Below, one piece after another: positions 1 through 5,900 of a stretch of 24,000 nt of DNA. The stretch comes from Arenimonas maotaiensis (GTDB lineage Bacteria; Pseudomonadota; Gammaproteobacteria; Xanthomonadales; Xanthomonadaceae). Every line of letters begins with the position of its first letter. Within the stretch, counting starts at the first letter, position 1. Location of the stretch: assembly GCF_014638745.1 (NCBI RefSeq), contig NZ_BMFO01000003.1, positions 129,052-153,051 of the forward strand, written 5' to 3'. Below the pieces are notes generated by a model. The model made no database searches. It was not told where the DNA came from and saw only the letters and a program-made list of their open reading frames with translations. The position numbers and the translations under genes are program-made.

Positions 1-1
1 C

Positions 2-1231
2 GAGACCGGCGTGCACAGCTTCTACCGGACCACCGTCGACGGCATGCCCATCGAGTTGGCGATCTGGGGCGAGGGCAACCACGACGGCCAAGCCATGCTC
101 AAGGACCTGGCCGCGATCAGCAAGACCACCAACGCCCTGTTCGGCAGCACGCCCTACAAACGCTATCTATACATCGTGCATGCCACCGACGGGGTGCGCG
201 GCGCCACCGAGCACATGAACTCGACCGTAATCCAGGGCGCGCGCTGGAACTTCGCGCCGCGCAGCGAATACCTGAAGTTCGCGCGCACCGCCGCCCACGA
301 GTTCTTCCATACCTGGAACGTGAAAGCCTACCGGCCCAAGGAAATGGTGCCATACGACTACCAGAACGAGAACCACAGCAACCTGCTATGGATTTCCGAA
401 GGCCATACCAGTTATTTCGAAAACCTGATCGCGCTGCGCGCCGGCGTGCAGAACGAGAAGGAATACCTCGGGGACGTCTCCGCTACCCTGCAGCAGTATC
501 TGCATACGCCGGGACGCTTCGCGCAGAGCGCCAACGAATCCAGCTTCGACGAGTGGATCCAGCCGAGCGGCGACCGCCACCAGAACGCCTCGGTCAGCAT
601 CTATCCGAAAGGCGAGATGCTGGGCCTGGTGATGGACCTGACCTTGCGCAAGGAAAGCGGCGGCAAGCGCGGCCTTCAGGACGTGCACCGCATCCTGTGG
701 CGGCAGCACCGTGTCGACCAAGGCGGTTTCTCGGAAGCCGACGTGCTGGCCGCGCTGCGCATGGTCTCCGGCCGCAGCTGGCAGGATTTCTGGCAGCGCT
801 ATGTGGTCGGCACCGAAGAATTGCCGGTGCTGGCCCTGCTGAAGGACGCCGGCCTGGAATGGCAGGCCGACAAGAAACCCGATGACGGCAAGCCGTATTA
901 CTGGACCGGCCTCAGCTTGGCGCCCGGCAGCGATGCCGAATTCGCCGTGGTCGCCGGCGTCGAGAAGGACAGCCCGGCCTGGAATGCCGGCATCACCGCC
1001 GGCGACGTGCTGGTGTCGGTCAACGGCTTCCGCGTCACCGCCAAGAGCTTCGAGACCCGCGCGCAGACGTTCGGCGCCGCGCCGTTGCAGATCGAGCTCT
1101 ACCGTCGCGACCGCCGGCAGTCGGTGACGCTCGCGGCCGTCAGCCAAGCCGGTGCCGCCAACAAACTGGCGGTCTCGGCCACGGCCGGCGCGCGCCAGAA
1201 CGCCCTGCGCAAGGCCTGGCTCGGCAACTGA
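2..1231 (+). CDS. M61-family metallopeptidase (glycyl-aminopeptidase-like) with C-terminal PDZ segment; 5' end cut by window edge
   Basis: The frame is open from base 2, so the listed ORF 11..1231 merely starts at an internal GTG. HEFFH (HExxH zinc motif) lies at nt 296-310. The C-terminal GVEKDSPAWNAGITAGDVLVSVNG looks PDZ-like. Stop TGA at 1229-1231. Confidence 0.85.
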   Translation, partial: ETGVHSFYRTTVDGMPIELAIWGEGNHDGQAMLKDLAAISKTTNALFGSTPYKRYLYIVHATDGVRGATEHMNSTVIQGARWNFAPRSEYLKFARTAAHEFFHTWNVKAYRPKEMVPYDYQNENHSNLLWISEGHTSYFENLIALRAGVQNEKEYLGDVSATLQQYLHTPGRFAQSANESSFDEWIQPSGDRHQNASVSIYPKGEMLGLVMDLTLRKESGGKRGLQDVHRILWRQHRVDQGGFSEADVLAALRMVSGRSWQDFWQRYVVGTEELPVLALLKDAGLEWQADKKPDDGKPYYWTGLSLAPGSDAEFAVVAGVEKDSPAWNAGITAGDVLVSVNGFRVTAKSFETRAQTFGAAPLQIELYRRDRRQSVTLAAVSQAGAANKLAVSATAGARQNALRKAWLGN

Positions 1232-1243
1232 GCCGGCCCGCGA

Positions 1244-1627
1244 TCAGCTGAAACGGCCGCTGTGGTAAAACCAGCGGCCGTTCTGTTTCAGGAACAGGCT
1301 GTGTTCGTGCAGGCGTTGCGCCGAGGCGCCGCCCTGTTTGAACGCGGCGCTGAATTCCACCCAGGCCCGTTCCGGCGTTTCTTCGCCGTGACCGAGGATC
1401 TTCAGCTGCAGCCAGCGCGTGCCGTCGTTCAATTCCAGAGTGCCGGGCGCCGGCCGCGTGTCGGGATGCCAGCTGGCCAGCAGATAGTCTTCATCGCCCA
1501 ACACGTAGGCGCTGTAGCGCGAACGCATCAGCGCCAACGCGTCCGGCGCGGCGTCGCCGGCGTGCCAGCGGCCGCAGCAGGCGGCGTAGGCCTTGCCGGT
1601 ATCGCAAGGGCAGGCGCGCGCCGGCAT
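1244..1627 (-). CDS. ychJ: YchJ/UPF0225-family protein with SEC-C-type Cys motif (CPCDTGKAYAACCG)
   Basis: Listed ORF 1244..1993 is over-extended. Its first 122 aa are Arg/Pro-rich and overlap the receptor gene. The recognisable protein starts at ATG 1625-1627 (MPARACPCD...LMRSRYSAYV...NGRWFY) and is 127 aa. It lies 8 nt downstream of the receptor stop on the same strand. Confidence 0.8.
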   Translation of the reverse strand: MPARACPCDTGKAYAACCGRWHAGDAAPDALALMRSRYSAYVLGDEDYLLASWHPDTRPAPGTLELNDGTRWLQLKILGHGEETPERAWVEFSAAFKQGGASAQRLHEHSLFLKQNGRWFYHSGRFS

Positions 1628-1635
1628 CGCGCGGC

Positions 1636-4506
1636 TCAGAAATCGACGCTCAGGCTGGTCCAGTAATAGCGGCCGACGGTGTCGAAGGTACGTTCGTCGG
1701 TGTTGCCGTTGACCGTATTGTTCTGGTACAGCAGCGGCGGCTGCTTGTCGCCGGCGTTGTCGACGCCGATGCGCAGCGTGGCGGCGTCCGCGAAGCGGTA
1801 GGCGGCCTGCAGGTTGTGGGTGCTGACCGCGCCGACCCGGAACTGGCAGCCGGCGCTGCCCGGCGGTAGGCCGCGGTTGGCGCAGGGGCCTTGCGGATCG
1901 AGGCTGCCGACGCGGAACGCGCCGACGTGGCGCAGGTTCCAGGACAGATCCCAGGCGCCGCGGCGCCAGCCCAGTTCGCCGGCGGCGCGCCAACGGCTGA
2001 AGTTGCCTTCGCCGCCGTTCTCGACCGACAGGAAGCTGCCGGCGTTGCGCATTTTGCGCAGCACCTCGCCCTGGTAGATCACGGTCACGTCGTGGCGGTC
2101 GATGTAGGTCGCGTCGAATCCGGCACGGATTTCGCCCAGGCCGTTTTCACTCTCGCGCTGGAACGCCAGGCCGAAATCGACGCCGGCGGTGTCGATGCTG
2201 CCTTTGTTGGCGCGCCGGTCGAACAGGCGTTCGATCGAGCCGTCCGGACGCCGGCTGAACAGCGCGCACAGCGGCGAGGGATCGGCCGCGCTGCTGTCGA
2301 AGCAGTCGTTGAGGATGTTCTGGCTGCCGTAGCTGCCGATGGCGTCGTCCAGCCGCATGCGCCAGAAATCGACGCTGGCCGAAGCGCCCGGCAACCCGCC
2401 CGGTTCGTACAGGAAGCCCACGGTGGTGACCGTGCCCTGCTCCGGATCCAGTCCGGCGGTGCCGCCTTTGATGGCGTTGAGCTGGGTGTCGGACTGGCTG
2501 TAGCTGCCGTCGGCCACGATGTTGGCGCAGGCCGGGTTGACCGAAACGCCGCCGCCGGCCTGTTGGATGCCGTTGCACGGGTCGTTGAAGGTGTCGGCCG
2601 AGGCGGTGTCGCCGCCGAACAGGTCGCGGATGCCCGGCGCGCGGAACACCTGCGCGTAGGTACCGCGCAGCAACCAGTGGCCGGACGGCCGCCATTCGAC
2701 GCCGAGCTTGCCGTTCAGCGTATCGCCGAAGGTCGAGTAATCCGACCAGCGCACGCCGAAGATCAGGTTGACCTCGGCGGTCACCGGCGCCAGCGTCTCG
2801 GCATAGGCTTCGGTGACGGTATAGCTGCCGCGGGTCGGCGCGGTGCACAGGTCCGAGGACACGCCGCAGGTGTAGCCGGCGGCCGGATCGACCACCGCCG
2901 CCGCGAACGGGTCGAAGCGCAGCGCTTCGTGTCGGTACTCGACGCCGAACGCCGCCAGCACGCTGCCGTTGGCGATTTCCGCCAGGTCGCCGCTGACGTT
3001 GGCCTGGAAGCCTTTCAAGGTCTCGCGTTGCCGGTGGCGCACGTCCAGGCTCATGGCCTGCAGCGCCGCCGATTGCGTCTGGCCGGCGGCGGATTGCGGA
3101 TCGAACGCGCCGATGAAATCGACCGGCACGCAGCCGGGAATCGACGTGCCGAAGCCGCCGTCGGTGTAGCAGATGCCGTTACGCGACGGACCCAGTGCCG
3201 CGGCCAGCGCGTCGAAATCGAGATAGCCGAGGTTGCGGTTGTCCTGCGTGATGCGGCCGTAGCTGAAGGCGGCGTCCCACGACCAGCCGCTCCCGCCAAG
3301 ACTGCCGCTGAAACCGGCGTTGATCTGGCTGACGTCGGTGGCGTATTCGAAGCGGCGGTTGCCGAGCCGCTCCAGGCGCAGGCGCAGGTCCTGGATGTCG
3401 ACGCCGAAGGGATTGTATTGGCTGTCGCGCGAGAGCGTGACGCCGTCGGATCGGCCGTCGAACGGCAGCGGCGCGATCTGCGCGGCCGAGCGGGTATGGT
3501 TGCCGAACGCGTCGATGTAGGCGGTGACGCCGCCGCCGAGATCCAGATTGCCGGTGACGAACACGCCGGTGCGTTCCTGCGGCGTCAGCTGCAGGTTGCC
3601 GGCCGCTTGGTAGTTGTAGGAATCGCGCGCCAGGTCGAAGCAGCGGAAATCGTCGGCGCCGCTGCCGGTCCGGCCGGGAATGCGGGTCACGTTGTCGCAG
3701 CCGTAGTAACCGGTCAAGGCCGCGCTGGCGGCCGGATCCAGCGGATCGCCGTCGGCGTCGGTCGGCACCAGGTTGTAGCGGCCGGTGACGCCGGTGCTCG
3801 AGCCCAGACGCACCACGTCCGTGGAGAATTCCGAACCCAGCGACAGCGCGTAGTACGAGTAGCCGCGGTCGGCCGCGCGCACTTCCGATTGATTCGCGTA
3901 GTTGGCGCTGACGATCAGGTTGCCGCGTTCGCCGGAAACGCCCCACACCGCGCTGGCGCCTTGCCGTTCGCCGTCGCCGCGCGAGGAAACGCCCCAGTCC
4001 AGGCGGGCTTGGGCGCCGTCATAATTGGATTTCAGGATGAAGTTGACCACGCCGCCGACGGCATCGGAACCGTAGATCGCCGATGCGCCGTCTTTCAACA
4101 CCTCGACGCTGGCCACCATCGCCATCGGGATGGCGTTGATGTCGCGGCTGACCATGCGGCGGCCGTTGACCAGCAACAGGGTCCGGTCTTCGCCCAAGCC
4201 GCGCAGCGACACGGTGGCCGCGCCGTTGCCGCCGCCGTTGTTCACCGCCGGGTTGATGGCGGCGCCGGCGACGGCCGGAATGTCCTGCAGGAAGTCGCCG
4301 ATGGTCAACGCGCCGCTGCGTTCGATCGCCTCGCGGCCGATCTGCTGCACCGGACTGGCGGTTTCGGCGTCCACGCGTTTGATGCGGGTGCCGGTGACCT
4401 GGATGCTGTCGAGCGTCTTCACCGGCTCCTGCGCCGAGGCGGCGCCGTGGGCCGTGGCGAGCAGGGTGGCCTGCAGGGCCAGAGTCAGGATGTTGCGGTT
4501 GCTCAT
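1636..4506 (-). CDS. TonB-dependent outer-membrane receptor (956 aa)
   Basis: N-terminal signal peptide (…ATAHGAASAQEP). Plug start LDSIQVTGTR. Glycine/aromatic-rich beta-barrel repeats throughout. Terminal aromatic residue (…SLSVDF). ATG at 4504-4506. Confidence 0.95.
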   Translation of the reverse strand: MSNRNILTLALQATLLATAHGAASAQEPVKTLDSIQVTGTRIKRVDAETASPVQQIGREAIERSGALTIGDFLQDIPAVAGAAINPAVNNGGGNGAATVSLRGLGEDRTLLLVNGRRMVSRDINAIPMAMVASVEVLKDGASAIYGSDAVGGVVNFILKSNYDGAQARLDWGVSSRGDGERQGASAVWGVSGERGNLIVSANYANQSEVRAADRGYSYYALSLGSEFSTDVVRLGSSTGVTGRYNLVPTDADGDPLDPAASAALTGYYGCDNVTRIPGRTGSGADDFRCFDLARDSYNYQAAGNLQLTPQERTGVFVTGNLDLGGGVTAYIDAFGNHTRSAAQIAPLPFDGRSDGVTLSRDSQYNPFGVDIQDLRLRLERLGNRRFEYATDVSQINAGFSGSLGGSGWSWDAAFSYGRITQDNRNLGYLDFDALAAALGPSRNGICYTDGGFGTSIPGCVPVDFIGAFDPQSAAGQTQSAALQAMSLDVRHRQRETLKGFQANVSGDLAEIANGSVLAAFGVEYRHEALRFDPFAAAVVDPAAGYTCGVSSDLCTAPTRGSYTVTEAYAETLAPVTAEVNLIFGVRWSDYSTFGDTLNGKLGVEWRPSGHWLLRGTYAQVFRAPGIRDLFGGDTASADTFNDPCNGIQQAGGGVSVNPACANIVADGSYSQSDTQLNAIKGGTAGLDPEQGTVTTVGFLYEPGGLPGASASVDFWRMRLDDAIGSYGSQNILNDCFDSSAADPSPLCALFSRRPDGSIERLFDRRANKGSIDTAGVDFGLAFQRESENGLGEIRAGFDATYIDRHDVTVIYQGEVLRKMRNAGSFLSVENGGEGNFSRWRAAGELGWRRGAWDLSWNLRHVGAFRVGSLDPQGPCANRGLPPGSAGCQFRVGAVSTHNLQAAYRFADAATLRIGVDNAGDKQPPLLYQNNTVNGNTDERTFDTVGRYYWTSLSVDF

Positions 4507-4678
4507 GTGTGGTGGTCCCGTTCGGCGACTGCGTCAGCCACGGCATCCGCGGCACTATCCGTATATTAAGGATTTTTTAACATCATATCGGGGCAGGGCG
4601 TAAAAATCCGTTAAACAGCTTGACAATACGCTGAAAATTGCATGTTCTATGAGGTCTCTCGGGGGAAAATAACACACA
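4507..4678. promoter_or_regulatory. Divergent promoter region between the receptor gene and the TonB-domain lipoprotein gene
   Basis: This is the only AT-rich stretch in the left third of the window. TAATAT (-10-like, minus strand) at 4563-4568. TTGACA (-35-like, plus strand) at 4620-4625, but with no convincing -10 at 17+/-1 nt. GGGGGA ribosome-binding site at 4661-4666. Inverted repeat GGATTTTT (4570-4577) / AAAAATCC (4602-4609). Confidence 0.35.
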
Positions 4679-5665
4679 ATGAAAACGAATCGGAACAACC
4701 GCATTTCACGCCGGATCGGCGCTCTGGGCCTGTGTGCGGCCCTGTCTTTGGCCTTGACGGCCTGCTCGGAGAAATCCGGCGAACAGACCGGCGGCGCCGC
4801 CGGCGTGGTCAAGACCCAGAAGCAGAAGGCGCAGACCTCGATCGACCGTCTGGTGCAGTTCCCGGAAAAGGACCTGCGCGACGGCGCCCGACAGGCGGTG
4901 ATGGAGCAGCGGTGGTACAAGCCGTCGGGCAACAACGCCTTGGAATACTATCTGGCCCTGCGCCAGAAGCTGAAAGCCCCCGATGATTCGGTGGAGACCG
5001 CCTTGGTCGACATCCTGCCGTATGCCGTGATCGGCATGGACCAGGCCATCGCCAATTTCGACGACCGCGAAGCCCTGCGCCTGGAAAGCCTGATCCGCAT
5101 GGCCGACCCGAACGCGCCGGCCCTGTCGCGGGTCAAGGACGATCTGGAAAAGATGAAGGCCCGCCAAGCCCAAGCCGTCGCCGAGGCCTCGGCCGCGGAA
5201 GAGGCCAAGACCGCGCAGGAAGCCAAAGCGCTGGCCGACGCCAAAGCCCGGGAAGAGGCCGCACGCCGTGCGCGCGAAACCGCCGCGCCGGTGGCTGCCG
5301 CGCCGGTTTCCGCCCCGGCACCGGTCGCGCAGACGCCTGCGCCGTCGGTACAGCCGCCTGCGCCGCAGACCCAGGCGCCGGCAACGGCCGCTTCGGCACC
5401 GCCGCCGGCCGCCACCCGCGCCGCGGTCACGCCGATCAGCACGCCGCAGCCGCCGTATCCGCGCGAAGCGCTGGCCTCGGGCGTGACCGGCGAGGTGGTC
5501 GCCGAAATCAGCATCAACGGCGCCGGCGACGTCACCGGCGTGCGCATCATCAGCGCCTCGCCGCGCAACGTGTTCGACAAGACCGTGACCAGCACCGTGC
5601 GCCGCTGGAAATACCGCGGCAACGGCGAGAACACCACCATCCGCCGCACCTTCGCGTTCAATTGA
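4679..5665 (+). CDS. Lipoprotein with Ala/Pro-rich linker and C-terminal TonB-type (TonB_C) domain
   Basis: Signal peptide ending in lipobox LALTAC, with Cys codon at 4763-4765. Long A/P/Q-rich spacer (…APVAAAPVSAPAPVAQTPAPS…). The C-terminus PQPPYPREALASGVTGEVVAEISINGAGDVTGVRII…WKYRG is typical of the TonB C-terminal fold. Confidence 0.8.
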   Translation: MKTNRNNRISRRIGALGLCAALSLALTACSEKSGEQTGGAAGVVKTQKQKAQTSIDRLVQFPEKDLRDGARQAVMEQRWYKPSGNNALEYYLALRQKLKAPDDSVETALVDILPYAVIGMDQAIANFDDREALRLESLIRMADPNAPALSRVKDDLEKMKARQAQAVAEASAAEEAKTAQEAKALADAKAREEAARRARETAAPVAAAPVSAPAPVAQTPAPSVQPPAPQTQAPATAASAPPPAATRAAVTPISTPQPPYPREALASGVTGEVVAEISINGAGDVTGVRIISASPRNVFDKTVTSTVRRWKYRGNGENTTIRRTFAFN

Positions 5666-5883
5666 TGGAGCGCGTCCGCTTCGGCCTCGACGGCGACTAC
5701 GTGGAGCTCAACCAGCTGCTGAAGCTGGTCGGGCTCTGCGGCAGCGGCGGCATCGGCAAGCAGATCGTGGCCAGCGGCGAGGTCTCGGTGGACGGCGTGC
5801 AGGAACTGCGCAAGACCGCCAAGATCCGCGCCGGGCAAGTGGTCCGCGTCGGTGACGTCGAGATCCGGGTCGACCCGGCCTAG
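5665..5883 (+). CDS. ybcJ: S4-domain RNA-binding protein, YbcJ family
   Basis: The translation MERVRFGLDGDYVELNQLLKLVGLCGSGGIGKQIVASGEVSVDGVQELRKTAKIRAGQVV matches the YbcJ pattern. ATG 5665-5667 overlaps the upstream TGA (5663-5665) by 1 nt. The track's 5662 start is a TTG one codon earlier. Confidence 0.8.
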   Translation: MERVRFGLDGDYVELNQLLKLVGLCGSGGIGKQIVASGEVSVDGVQELRKTAKIRAGQVVRVGDVEIRVDPA

Positions 5884-5900
5884 GCGCGGGCTTCAGCGGC

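Noticed and set aside
1891-4569. 892-aa plus-strand ORF covering the whole receptor locus, plus smaller ORFs 2147..2848, 3179..3946 and 4019..4555
   Set aside because: It is antisense or out of frame to a gene with unmistakable TonB-dependent-receptor features. The translation is Ala/Arg/Gly/Val-rich low-complexity sequence, typical of stop-codon-poor shadow frames in DNA of about 68% GC.
4507-4678. Fur box or cobalamin/other riboswitch upstream of the TonB-dependent receptor
   Set aside because: I could not find a GATAATGATAATCATTATC-like 19-mer. The putative leader is only about 55 nt (from the TAATAT hexamer to the ATG), which is too short for a B12-type riboswitch. The region is reported only as a generic divergent promoter.
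5230-5440. Apparent repetitiveness in the Ala/Pro-rich part of the TonB-domain gene as a DNA tandem repeat
   Set aside because: No exact nucleotide repeat unit could be traced. It is a compositionally biased Pro/Ala spacer, as is typical of TonB-like proteins.
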